A DNA stretch of 64,000 nt from Alphaproteobacteria bacterium (GTDB lineage: Bacteria > Pseudomonadota > Alphaproteobacteria > GCA-2731375): the NCBI GenBank assembly GCA_965232515.1, contig CBDDPY010000002.1, positions 576,001 through 640,000 of the forward strand, written 5' to 3'. Shown one piece after another: positions 37,553 to 47,223 of this stretch; the stretch's first letter is position 1, and the number at the start of each line of letters is the position of its first letter. Below the pieces are notes generated by a model that was not told where the DNA came from, did not search any database, and was given only the letters and a program-made list of their open reading frames with translations. A program made the translations under genes and the position numbers.

Positions 37553-38326
37553 CTAGAGGCGCATACGAAAGTCGTTCTGGCCCGACCGGTCGGCGCCGCG
37601 CATCAGGTAGAGGGTACGGTCCGCGTGCCCGACCTGCAGGGCCTTCTCGCGGGTCTGCCGTACGGCCAACTCGCGGTCGAAGATCGAGGTCGTCGGCATG
37701 AACCGCAGCGTCATGCCGCGCCGCGGCTTCGCCGACCGGTTCGCTTCGGAGCCGTGCACGAGCCGCACGTCATGCAGCGACATCTGGCCGGCCTGCAGCA
37801 CGAGATCGACGGCGTCATCCTCGTTGTATTCGCTGGGTAGCAGCTCCTGGTTCAGCGTCAGATCGGGACCGCGATTGGTGCGGTGCTCGAGAAGGCGTTC
37901 GGTCTTATGCGAGCCTGGCACGACCCGCAGGCAGCCGTTCTCGACCGTCGAGTCGTCGATGGCGATCCAGGCCGTGCAGGTGGCGACCGGTCGGATCGGC
38001 CAGTATTCCCCGTCCTGATGCCAAGGGGTCTTGCGGCCATTGAGCGCCGGTTTGGCGAAAAAGCTGGAGTTCCATAGCGCGAAGTCGGGGCCGATCAACT
38101 GTTCGACCATGTCCAGGATGTGCGGATCGCGGGCATAGTTCAGGAAGCTGAGGTCGTAGGCGAGCAGATTTGGGCAATAGTCGGCGAATTCCGGATGCCG
38201 GTCGATCAGTCGGTCGTGATCGGCGCGTATCCGATCGAGGGTCGTATCATCCAGCCGATAGTCGGGAACGATGTAGCCGTCGGCATGGTATTGGGCGACC
38301 TGCGCATCCGTCAGCATGTTCGGCAT
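37553..38326 (-). CDS. Phytanoyl-CoA dioxygenase family Fe(II)/2-oxoglutarate oxygenase
   Basis: PWHQDGEYW, WIAIDD, ENGCLRVVPGSH, HGSEAN, R motif. Confidence 0.9.
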   Translation of the reverse strand: MPNMLTDAQVAQYHADGYIVPDYRLDDTTLDRIRADHDRLIDRHPEFADYCPNLLAYDLSFLNYARDPHILDMVEQLIGPDFALWNSSFFAKPALNGRKTPWHQDGEYWPIRPVATCTAWIAIDDSTVENGCLRVVPGSHKTERLLEHRTNRGPDLTLNQELLPSEYNEDDAVDLVLQAGQMSLHDVRLVHGSEANRSAKPRRGMTLRFMPTTSIFDRELAVRQTREKALQVGHADRTLYLMRGADRSGQNDFRMRL

Positions 38327-38371
38327 CCTTTTTCTGGCGCCCGAACATCTGAGCATCGGTCGACCGGCAGG

Positions 38372-38821
38372 TCAATTTTCGGTCGGTGGCGGGTGGTCCC
38401 ACGGCGCCGCCGGCTCGCAGGCGAGCCGGCGGACGCCCCAGAGTCTTGCCTGCTCGTAGGCACGACGCACCAACAGCATGGCGACGGCGCCGTGAAGCGC
38501 CGGATCGCGAACCGCGAGCCAGTCCGTTCGCGCCGTGCCATTGTCGTCGATCAGCAGCGCAATGCAGCCAACCGGCTCGTGATCCTGGCGCGCGATCAGC
38601 AGACAGCCGGATCCCGGACCGCCGCCACCGTGCCGCAAGCGGCTAAGGGCTTCGCCGACGCCTGGTCGCTGTCGTCGGCCGACGTTGTCCGTGCTGCATT
38701 TTCGGATCAAGCGCATGGCGTGCCAGTAATCGTCCAGTCGTGTGGCAATCCGCACGTCGACGCCGGCGCTGGTTACGGGCGCATCTGCGCGTCGGCGGGG
38801 TTGCTTTCCGAGGATGTTCAT
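38372..38821 (-). CDS. Hypothetical protein, GNAT-like fold
   Basis: LLIARQDHEPVGCIAL...WLAVRDPALHGAVAMLLVRRAYEQARLWGVRRL resembles a GNAT core with a degenerate CoA motif. Confidence 0.45.
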   Translation of the reverse strand: MNILGKQPRRRADAPVTSAGVDVRIATRLDDYWHAMRLIRKCSTDNVGRRQRPGVGEALSRLRHGGGGPGSGCLLIARQDHEPVGCIALLIDDNGTARTDWLAVRDPALHGAVAMLLVRRAYEQARLWGVRRLACEPAAPWDHPPPTEN

Positions 38822-39082
38822 GGGTCCGACCCGTCGAATGTGGTGGCGGTTTGGACGGTCGTCGGTGTGACCGGCAAATCTGCACCGATTGTGCGCGCGC
38901 CGCGTTTCGTCGCAGTGTCCGCGATCGGCGATTTGGTTTCAGATGTTTCGGCCGTGATCGAGGCTGGCAGCCAAGCATTGGTCAAATCCTCGTCAGTCGA
39001 TATTCGCGGCGAGGACAGATTTGGCAAAATACCGTAACGTGGAGGCGGGGTTACCTAAGCAATTCACAAAAAGGGGAAGGTC

Positions 39083-39376
39083 ATGGCAACGACGGTAGTA
39101 CTGGAAGTGCGTGCGAAGGCCGGTACGGGGAGTGACGTCAATCGCGCCTTCAAGGAGATCCTGCCCGATACGCGGGCGTACGACGGCTGCCATGGGGTCG
39201 ACGTTTACCGCAATGACGACGATGCCGATGTCATCGTGGTGATCGAGCAATGGGAGTCTCGCGCGCACTACGAGAAATACCTTGCCTGGCGCATGGAGAC
39301 CGGCCTGCTGGCGCAACTTGCCGAGGCGCTCGACGGCGATCCCAGCATTCGTTACTTCAACAAGACGGACGCCTGA
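39083..39376 (+). CDS. ABM family (putative quinol monooxygenase) protein
   Basis: LPDTRAYDGC, IEQWESRAHYEKYLAWR; GGGGAAGG RBS. Confidence 0.88.
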   Translation: MATTVVLEVRAKAGTGSDVNRAFKEILPDTRAYDGCHGVDVYRNDDDADVIVVIEQWESRAHYEKYLAWRMETGLLAQLAEALDGDPSIRYFNKTDA

Positions 39377-39722
39377 CCGGACCATCGAGCTGCAACGACC
39401 GCGGTTGTCCGACGTGCAACGACAGATCCGGGTCCATTCGTAATTGCTAATCCTTGTGAAGCAATTCACAGGAAGGCGGACGACGGCCGCCTATGTCTTG
39501 AACGGTTTCGGGCACCGTATTCCTGACTGTCTGCAGCACCGCCAAATTGTTGCAGGCGTTGGCTTCCGAGGTGCGGTTTCCGCGTGACGTTGAGCGGGGC
39601 GCTTACAGCAAGACCTGATCGACGACGGCAAACTGCCGCCACGGCGCGGTCGGCCGGATGGGGCGTGGGCAAGATCCGTTGCCGCGTGGCGTCCGGTCGG
39701 TGAACGATGAGGTTAGGAAGTC

Positions 39723-40517
39723 ATGGCACGTCATATAGTCAAGCCAATGTGCGGGGTGTTGGCCGGCCTTTTGGGATTGCTTGCGTTGGCCGGCGGCAGC
39801 GCCAAGGCCGACGCGGACTGTCGTTTGCGGGTCGGGTGGGAGCCGTATGCGATTTATACCTATGCCGGCGCATCGGGTGAGGTTACCGGCGCCGATATCG
39901 ACCTGATGCGCGCGATCGGGCGCGATCTGGGCTGCGAGATCACATTCAAGCAAGCGCCCTGGACGCGCGTCCTGCTCGAAGTGGAGAACGGCACGATCGA
40001 TGTTTCGACCAGCACCAGCCGAACGCCCGAGCGGGAAAAATTCGCCTGGTTCTCGAACAGCTATCGAACCACTGAAATGGCGATCTATGTGCGCCGGGGC
40101 GAGGTCGGGATCTACCGACTGGACAATCTCGGCGCCGTGGCCAAGGTCGGCTTCAAGCTGGGCGTCATCGCCGGCTATCATTACGGGCCCGAGTTCGCCG
40201 CTCTGATGCGCGATCCGGTATTTTCCGGCTTTGTCGATGCCGCCATCGATTATCAGACCAACATAAAGAAGCTGATGCATGGACGGATCGATGGCTATCT
40301 GGTCGAGGATGTCGGGGTGATGTTGGCCGAGGCCAAAACGCTTGGTGTCCTGGATCAGATCGAGCGCTATCCGCTGGCGATTCCGGGCGAAAAGCTGCAT
40401 CTGATGTTCAGCCGCAAGACCGTCGACCCGGAGACGGTCAAGGCGGTGAACGCGAGCCTCGAGCGCATCATGGCCGACGGCCGGTTGTCGAAATTCGTCG
40501 ACCGGCATATGAAATAG
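39723..40517 (+). CDS. Family 3 periplasmic substrate-binding protein (no permease nearby)
   Basis: Signal peptide; GADIDL, PWTR, GTID, TPERE, GRIDGYL. Confidence 0.88.
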   Translation: MARHIVKPMCGVLAGLLGLLALAGGSAKADADCRLRVGWEPYAIYTYAGASGEVTGADIDLMRAIGRDLGCEITFKQAPWTRVLLEVENGTIDVSTSTSRTPEREKFAWFSNSYRTTEMAIYVRRGEVGIYRLDNLGAVAKVGFKLGVIAGYHYGPEFAALMRDPVFSGFVDAAIDYQTNIKKLMHGRIDGYLVEDVGVMLAEAKTLGVLDQIERYPLAIPGEKLHLMFSRKTVDPETVKAVNASLERIMADGRLSKFVDRHMK

Positions 40518-40595
40518 GTCGACGAAGCCGAAACAGAAGAAAAGGCGGGCGGCACGCGGGCTGACGCGGTCCGCACGCCGGAGGCGTGGCCAGCC

Positions 40596-43500
40596 ATGCG
40601 AAATCTGCAAACCGGTTTGATTCGACGGATCGGCGACATTCGGCTGCGGCCGGCGCTTGCCATTGGCCTGATTATCGGCCTGTCGCTGCCGATTGCCGTA
40701 TCCGTTTGGCGCGACGTCACGGAACGCCGCACGACCCACCTGGCGCACCTGGATCAGGATCATGAGCGTATCGTCCAGACGCTGGCGATCGGCATGCAGA
40801 CACCTATCTGGGACGTCCGTCCAGAGACTGGCAAGCCGCTGATCGACACACTGATGCTGGACGAACGGATTACCGGGATCACCGTCAGCGCGCCACTGTT
40901 GCCCGATTTCCTCGCAGCGAAGCAGGAAGTGGCCGCTGGCGGTGAGATCCTGACGCGGCGGGCGGAAGTCGTCCGCAACGGCGAGACCATTGGCAGGGTT
41001 GAGGTCGCCATGAGCACGGCCCAGCTGGAGGCCGAGGTCGGCCAGCAATGGCGTCAGGTCCTGGCAACCGGCTTCATGCAGCTGGCGCTGGGCCTGTTGA
41101 TCCTTCTGCCGCTTCTGCGGCTAAAGGTGCTGGAGCCGATCGACCGTCTGGTCGGCCAGTCGCGGGCGCTGGCCAGCGGCGTGCTTGACGAGCCGACGGC
41201 ATGGCGGCAGCGGGATGAGCTCGGCGCGCTGGGCCGCAGCTTCGAGGAGATGCGCGGCTCGCTGCGCCGGCTGTTCCAAAACCTCGAGAAACGCAATCTG
41301 GCCCTGCAGGAACGCGAAAACGAGCTCGAGCGCAACAGCAACATGTTGCGGGCGATCCTGGAGAACATGACGGACGGGATCACGCTCGTCGATTCCGAAC
41401 TGCGGGTGCTGGCGTGGAACGATCGTCTGGTCGATATCCTCGGCACGCCGCGGGAACTCATGCAGGAAGGCGTCAGCCTGGAGGAGGTCACGCGCCTCGA
41501 TTTGCTGGCGAATGGGGTTGCACCGGATGAGCTGCCGCAACGCTTGCAGAAGCTGCGCGACAGCTTCCGTCCGGGGATCGCCACGACCTACCGGGTCCGC
41601 ACGGCGAGTGGCCGCGATATCGACATTCGCCGCCGGCCGCTGGACGATGGCTGCTATGTCAGCACCTATACGGACGTGACCGACGAGGTGGCGGCGCAGC
41701 AGCAGGCCGAGGACACATTGTCGTTGCTGGAAACGGTAATGGACGCAGTGCCAGCCATGTTGCACGTGAAGGGTGCCGATCTGCGTTATGAGATGGCGAA
41801 CCGCCGTTACCTCGACTATTGCGGCCAAGATCAAGCCGATGTGATCGGGCGGGTCAACGCCGATATCTTCCCCGAAGGGGTGACCGCCAAAGCCGACCGG
41901 CTGGACCGTCTGGTGCGCGAAACGCGCCGCCAGTTGCCATTCTACGAAGCAACCTATGCCGGCATCGGCGGCGAGCCGTTGACCTTTTGGACGACCAAGC
42001 TGCCATTGTTGGGGGCGGACGGCGAGGTCTCGCACATCCTGACCGTCGAGATCGACATCAGTGAGCGCAAGCATGCCGAACAGGAGCGCCAACGCTGGCT
42101 GCAACTGTTCCAGGACGCCATTCAGAGCATGCCGAATGGATTTGCGGTCTACGATGCCGACGACCGGCTGGTGACCTGCAATTCGGCCTATGCCGATCTC
42201 TACGATACCGAGCCCATGCGTCTGGTGGGCGTCGATATCGATACGCTGATCGGCCGGGCCTCACCCGGCATCCGCAGCGTGAACGGTCGGGAAGTGACAT
42301 CGGACGACATGTCCTCCGTGCAGCGGGTCAAAAAGGCCTGGTTCGCGCAAAGCGAGCCATTGGAAGTCGAGATGCAGGACGGCCGCTGGCTGCTGATGAG
42401 CCGCCATGCCACGGCCGAGGGTGGGTTTGTCGCCATTCGAACCGACATCAGCGATCTGAAGCGCATGCAAGAAGCGCTGCGCGAAAGCGAGGCGTTGATC
42501 CGGCGTGTCCTGGAATCATCACCCGTCCCGGTTGGCATGACACGCGCGGCGGACGGCAAGATGATCTACGAGAGCCCGGCCTCGAAGCGGCTCCTCGGAC
42601 GTGACGCGCCGGGAGCGGAGAGCAGAAGCGCGATCGAGCACTTCGTCAACGATGCCGACCGGCGACAGGTCTTCAGCCTGCTACAGCGGACGCATGCGGT
42701 CGACGACTTCGAAATGAGATTGCGTAAGGTCGACGGCACGGAGTTCTGGGGTGCCGTCTCGGCGCGGCTGATCAGCTATCAGGACGACGAGGTCATCGTC
42801 TACAGCATCATCGATCTGACCGAACGGCGCGTGGTGGAGGCCGAGATCTCCCGGCAGCGGGAAGCGCTGCATCAGAGTGAGAAGCTCAATGCGCTCGGCG
42901 GCCTGCTGGCGGGCGTCGCGCACGAGTTGAACAATCCGTTGTCGGTCGTTGTCGGTCAGTCGCAGTTGCTGGAAGAGACGGTCGAAGATCCGTCGATCCG
43001 GCAACGTGCGGCCGTGATCGGCAAGTCGGCGAACCGTTGTTCGCGCATCATCAAGACCTTCCTGGCGATGGCGCGGCAGAGCGCGCCCGAACGCAAGGAC
43101 GTGGACATCAACGACGTCATCTGGTCGGCGCTCGACGTTATGGGCTACGCGCTGCGCAGCGCCGATGTGGAGCTGTCGTGTGAGCTGGCCGACGATCCGC
43201 CGCCGGTTTGGGGCGACGCCGACCAGCTGACGCAGGTGGCGATGAACCTGATCGTCAACGCGGAGCAGGCGATGGTCTCGCAAGCCGCGCCGCGGAAGCT
43301 GGCGCTGACGACGATGTACGATGCTGAGAGCGACGAGGTCTGCATCGCCGTTCAGGACAGCGGGCCGGGCATACCAAGCGAGTTGCGGAAACGCATCTTC
43401 GAGCCGTTCTTCACGACCAAGGATGTCGGAGCCGGCACCGGCATCGGCCTCGCCGTCAGTCGCGGCATCGTCGAGGCCCACAAGGGTGAGATCACGCTGG

Positions 43501-43991
43501 AAAGTGCGCCCGACCAGGGAGCCTGCTTCACCATTCGTCTGCCCAGCAGTCAGCGCGCGCGCCGGGATGCCGAAGCGCCGAAGCAGCCGGCGCCGGTGTC
43601 GGTGGCGGCCAGGGTCCTGATCGTCGACGACGAACCGGAAGTCGTGACGATGTTGTCGGACATCCTGGCGGTCGACGGCCACGACGTCGCCGTTGCCGCC
43701 TCCGGAAATGCGGCCCTGAAGCTGACCCGCGAATTCGAGTTCGATGCAATTCTGAGTGACATCCGGATGCCGGATCTGGACGGTCCCGGCTTCTACGAGG
43801 CGTTGCGCCAGGAGGCGCCGCAGACTGTGGGCCGGCTCGCATTCATTACCGGTGATGCTCTGGGACAGTCAGTGCAGCAATTCCTGTCCGAAACCGGCGC
43901 ACGCTGCCTGGAGAAGCCGTTCTCGCCGGACGAGATCCGCCAGCTCGTCGCCGATATCGTCGCCAAGACGTACGCCGGCGCGGCCGAATGA
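40596..43991 (+). CDS. Hybrid sensor histidine kinase (2TM-HAMP-multiple PAS-HisKA-HATPase-REC)
   Basis: DELGALGRSF HAMP, several PAS domains, AGVAHELNNPL, DSGPG, FFTTK, GTGIGL, LIVDDE, DIRMP, KPF. Confidence 0.93.
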   Translation: MRNLQTGLIRRIGDIRLRPALAIGLIIGLSLPIAVSVWRDVTERRTTHLAHLDQDHERIVQTLAIGMQTPIWDVRPETGKPLIDTLMLDERITGITVSAPLLPDFLAAKQEVAAGGEILTRRAEVVRNGETIGRVEVAMSTAQLEAEVGQQWRQVLATGFMQLALGLLILLPLLRLKVLEPIDRLVGQSRALASGVLDEPTAWRQRDELGALGRSFEEMRGSLRRLFQNLEKRNLALQERENELERNSNMLRAILENMTDGITLVDSELRVLAWNDRLVDILGTPRELMQEGVSLEEVTRLDLLANGVAPDELPQRLQKLRDSFRPGIATTYRVRTASGRDIDIRRRPLDDGCYVSTYTDVTDEVAAQQQAEDTLSLLETVMDAVPAMLHVKGADLRYEMANRRYLDYCGQDQADVIGRVNADIFPEGVTAKADRLDRLVRETRRQLPFYEATYAGIGGEPLTFWTTKLPLLGADGEVSHILTVEIDISERKHAEQERQRWLQLFQDAIQSMPNGFAVYDADDRLVTCNSAYADLYDTEPMRLVGVDIDTLIGRASPGIRSVNGREVTSDDMSSVQRVKKAWFAQSEPLEVEMQDGRWLLMSRHATAEGGFVAIRTDISDLKRMQEALRESEALIRRVLESSPVPVGMTRAADGKMIYESPASKRLLGRDAPGAESRSAIEHFVNDADRRQVFSLLQRTHAVDDFEMRLRKVDGTEFWGAVSARLISYQDDEVIVYSIIDLTERRVVEAEISRQREALHQSEKLNALGGLLAGVAHELNNPLSVVVGQSQLLEETVEDPSIRQRAAVIGKSANRCSRIIKTFLAMARQSAPERKDVDINDVIWSALDVMGYALRSADVELSCELADDPPPVWGDADQLTQVAMNLIVNAEQAMVSQAAPRKLALTTMYDAESDEVCIAVQDSGPGIPSELRKRIFEPFFTTKDVGAGTGIGLAVSRGIVEAHKGEITLESAPDQGACFTIRLPSSQRARRDAEAPKQPAPVSVAARVLIVDDEPEVVTMLSDILAVDGHDVAVAASGNAALKLTREFEFDAILSDIRMPDLDGPGFYEALRQEAPQTVGRLAFITGDALGQSVQQFLSETGARCLEKPFSPDEIRQLVADIVAKTYAGAAE

Positions 43992-44581
43992 GCTCGGACG
44001 GCGGTCCGGATCTGATCCTGACGCCGTTCTATTACCTGCGCCACGGCGAAACGGATTGGAACAGGGCGGGTCTGGCGCAGGGGAGGACGGATGTGCCGCT
44101 GAACGAGCGGGGGCTGGCGCAGGCCGAGGCCGCGCGACCGGCGTTGTCGACCTGCGAAATCGCAACGATCTGCTGCAGCCCGCTCGCCCGTGCCCGTCGT
44201 ACGGCCGAGATCGTCGGCCGCGATATTGCCGCGGAGATCTTTGTCATTGATGACCTGGCCGAATGCTGCTGGGGCGATGCCGAGGGGCAGCCGAAGGGCA
44301 AATGGTTCGCTGACTGGCTGGGCGGCGTCAATCAGCCGAACGCCGAATCCTATGCATCCTTCATGGCGCGGGCCCTGGCCGGATTGAACACGGCGCTACG
44401 CCACCCCGGCCCGGTCCTGATCGTCGGTCATGGCGGAGTCTATTGGGCGGTGCAGCAGCATGGTCGCCTCGACGCCGACGCCGATATCCCGAATTGCCTG
44501 CCTGTCCGCCACGATCCGCCGGTCGACGGATACCCCGGCTGGACCACGCATTTGGTCGGCCGGCGGAACGGTTCAGGCTAG
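43988..44581 (+). CDS. Histidine phosphatase family protein
   Basis: LRHGETDWN, SPLARA, VGHGG; ATGA overlap with the kinase gene. Confidence 0.9.
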   Translation: MSSDGGPDLILTPFYYLRHGETDWNRAGLAQGRTDVPLNERGLAQAEAARPALSTCEIATICCSPLARARRTAEIVGRDIAAEIFVIDDLAECCWGDAEGQPKGKWFADWLGGVNQPNAESYASFMARALAGLNTALRHPGPVLIVGHGGVYWAVQQHGRLDADADIPNCLPVRHDPPVDGYPGWTTHLVGRRNGSG

Positions 44582-45738
44582 CGAATGACGTGCGGCACGA
44601 ACCGCGACAGGTCACGGGTGACGACGCTCTTGTCCTCGCGGATGCCGATGCCGCAGGGCTGGTTGCCGATCATCCAGGAGCCGATCACCGTATAATCGTC
44701 GCCGAAACGGGGCACGGCATGAAAGGCTTGCACGATATGGCCTTCCTCTCCGTATTCGCCGTCCACGACGATGGTCTCGGCGCCGGCGCGATGCACCTCG
44801 ATGTTGGCGCCTTCGCGAGAGAACAACGGCTTGCGGACATAGTCGGCGCCGAGCTCACTCGCCCGCGCGTCGCCATCAAAAAACGCCGGCAGCAGGTTGG
44901 GATGGCCCGGAAACGCCGCCCATAGCAGCGGCAGCAACCCCTTGTTCGACAGCAGGGCCTTCCATGGCGGCTCGATCATGAAGGTCTTGGCCCGTGGAAG
45001 ATTGGGACCATAGGCCTCGCGGAACATCATTTCCCAGGGGTAGAGCTTGAACAAATAGTCGATGACGATGCTCTCGCTGTCGGCGAACCGGCCGTCGGCA
45101 TCGAGACCGATATCTTCGACATAGACGAAGCGGGGCAGGAGGCCGGCCTGCTTGGCGCAGTCTTCCAGATAACGCACCGTCTGCCGGTCTTCGTCGGTGT
45201 CCTTGCAGCTCGCGAAATGCACCGTCGCCCCGGCCTCGAATATCTCCGCAAGACGTTCGACAAGACGGTCCTGGATCGAGTTGAACTGGTCGCTGTCCGC
45301 AGGCAGGCGTCGGGCTTCGATGTTCTGCTCAAGCCATACCCACTGAAAGAATGCGCTTTCATACAGCGCCGTCGGCGTGTCGGCGTTGTACTCGAGCATC
45401 TTCGCGGGACCGATCCCGTCATAGAGCAGGTCGAACCGGCCATAGAGCGACGGGTCCCGATCGCGCCAGGATGTCGCGATCCAGTCCCAGTAGATTTCTG
45501 GAATCGCCAACCGGCGAAGGCGCGCCTCGTCGTTGACAACCTGCTCGACGACCGCCAGGCACATGGCGTGCAGCTCTTCGGTCGGATCTTCCAGATCCCG
45601 CTCGATTTCCTCGAGCGTGAACTGATAGAACCGCGTTTCGTCCCAGTACGGCTCGCCATACATGGTGTGGAAGATGAAGCCGAGTTTTTCGGCCTGTTGC
45701 TTCCAATCCGGCCGCTCGTCGCAGTCGACGCGGAGCAT
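44578..45738 (-). CDS. yjfC: Glutathionylspermidine synthase family ATP-grasp protein (YjfC/YgiC)
   Basis: YWDE, LYGRFD, EYNADTPT, DQFNS, FKLYPWE, EPPWK, KPLFSREGAN, GIRED. Confidence 0.93.
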   Translation of the reverse strand: MLRVDCDERPDWKQQAEKLGFIFHTMYGEPYWDETRFYQFTLEEIERDLEDPTEELHAMCLAVVEQVVNDEARLRRLAIPEIYWDWIATSWRDRDPSLYGRFDLLYDGIGPAKMLEYNADTPTALYESAFFQWVWLEQNIEARRLPADSDQFNSIQDRLVERLAEIFEAGATVHFASCKDTDEDRQTVRYLEDCAKQAGLLPRFVYVEDIGLDADGRFADSESIVIDYLFKLYPWEMMFREAYGPNLPRAKTFMIEPPWKALLSNKGLLPLLWAAFPGHPNLLPAFFDGDARASELGADYVRKPLFSREGANIEVHRAGAETIVVDGEYGEEGHIVQAFHAVPRFGDDYTVIGSWMIGNQPCGIGIREDKSVVTRDLSRFVPHVIR

Positions 45739-45749
45739 CGCCGGGACCG

Positions 45750-46427
45750 CTATTTCAGGCTTGCCAGGATATCATCGACGCTTTCGCTGTCCGTCCCGAT
45801 GCCAGCGGCCGCCAGCTTGTCATCCAGGTCCGAGCCCGTGCGGGCGGCCTCGATCTCGGCCGCGGCGTCCATCCGGGCGGCGCGGGCGGCTTGCTTTTCC
45901 TTGATGCGGGAGAGGGAATCGGCCGCGCTGCCCAGGCGGCTGTCGACACCGGCATGCTGCGATGCGACGGCGGACTGCGCTGCTTGCACGGCCTCCGTCG
46001 CCTTCACGGACTCGACCTCCCGTTTCAGGCCCTCGATCTTGGCTTCGGTCTGCTTGATGGCCGCGGCCATCGATTTTTCTGTGGCGCTGTACTCATTGAG
46101 CACGCTCTCAACGGCGGTGCGCTGTGTCTTCAGGGTCTTTACGCGTTCGGCCACCTCGCGTGCGAGAGCTTCGTCGCCCTTCCCGAGCGCTTCACGGGCA
46201 GCGCTCAGATACTTTTCGATATCGGCATCGAGCGTCGCGAGTTCGTCCTGCTTGAGCTTGCGCTTTCCGGCCATGTTCGAACGCTCGTCATAGGCGGTTT
46301 TCAAGGCTTGGTCGGCCTCGCGGATTTCCTGGTCGAGAATGCGCAATGCCTGACTATCGGCGATCTGCTCGGCGGTCTCGTTGACGCCACCTTTGACGGC
46401 GGACCAGAGCTTGTTCCAAACGGTCAT
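45750..46427 (-). CDS. yjfJ: PspA/IM30 family protein (YjfJ)
   Basis: Coiled coil; ALRILDQEIREA, LDDKLAAAGI, VDDILASLK; yjf gene context. Confidence 0.9.
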   Translation of the reverse strand: MTVWNKLWSAVKGGVNETAEQIADSQALRILDQEIREADQALKTAYDERSNMAGKRKLKQDELATLDADIEKYLSAAREALGKGDEALAREVAERVKTLKTQRTAVESVLNEYSATEKSMAAAIKQTEAKIEGLKREVESVKATEAVQAAQSAVASQHAGVDSRLGSAADSLSRIKEKQAARAARMDAAAEIEAARTGSDLDDKLAAAGIGTDSESVDDILASLK

Positions 46428-46439
46428 GTCATAGCCTCC

Positions 46440-47090
46440 TTAGGTGGCCGCCTTCGGGCCGATATCGCCGCTGAGGTCGACGGCGTTCTGTCCGATCGTC
46501 CGCAACTCGGTGACAATGCTGGCCAGCGTCGAGCGGGCGCTCATGGAGCCGAACAATTCGTACCATTCGCGGCCGTCGATCGCGGTGATGCCGAGCGCCG
46601 CCAGCGGCAGGTACCGCTTGTGGTTGCGCAGCATCATTGCCTCGAAGCCGTTGGGATCGTCCTGGTCGTCGCGCGGCCAAAGCAGGACCGAGGTCAGGAC
46701 CTGCTCGCCGGAGACCGAGACAAACAGCTGAAGATCGCCCAATTCCTGCATCCTGACGCGCAGGACAGGCTCGGCGCCGGGAATGATGTCCAACGCCATC
46801 TCGCCATCTTCGGTCAGGTCGCCGGACTCAAGGGCTTCCTTGAGGGTGTCGACCCTCCATGGCGTGTCGATTTGTTCCATGGACTCGCTCCAATGTTCTC
46901 GTGGTGGCGCAATCTGAATTGTCGACCCTTCGCGCAACGCCGCCGCCGCCCGGCGGATGACCGGCTGCAGGCCGGCCGGCACCCGCACCTCGCACCGCAC
47001 CAGTCCCTTGCCCTGCTGCCTTTGGAGCCAGCGTTGCTGCCGCGTGAGGTTCGGGCTCGATTTCATATCCAGCGGTTTGGTCACAGGCAT
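46440..47090 (-). CDS. yjfI: YjfI (DUF2170) family protein with basic N-terminal extension (alternative start 47066)
   Basis: GDLQLFVSVSGEQV, LPLAALGI, YELFGSMSARS, ELRTIGQNA. Confidence 0.85.
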   Translation of the reverse strand: MPVTKPLDMKSSPNLTRQQRWLQRQQGKGLVRCEVRVPAGLQPVIRRAAAALREGSTIQIAPPREHWSESMEQIDTPWRVDTLKEALESGDLTEDGEMALDIIPGAEPVLRVRMQELGDLQLFVSVSGEQVLTSVLLWPRDDQDDPNGFEAMMLRNHKRYLPLAALGITAIDGREWYELFGSMSARSTLASIVTELRTIGQNAVDLSGDIGPKAAT

Positions 47091-47097
47091 TGCGGTC

Positions 47098-47166
47098 GCG
47101 TCTCCGGGTACGCTCTATATAATGTAACCGGAGACGCTTGACAAGATTCGATCGACACGTCAACCT
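47098..47166. promoter_or_regulatory. Divergent promoter region with operator-like inverted repeat
   Basis: GCGTCTCCGG (47098-47107) / CCGGAGACGC (47128-47137), extendable inward, around an AT-rich core; TTGACA on + at 47138 overlaps TTGTCA-N17-TATATA on -. Confidence 0.6.
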
Positions 47167-47223
47167 GGGGTTTAGAGAAAAACCGTTAAGGTCCGGCAAC
47201 GCGGCGCGACGGCGAGGCGACTG

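Noticed and set aside
38818-39027. 69-aa Thr-rich ORF
   Set aside because: No RBS or recognisable family; more likely promoter DNA between divergent genes.
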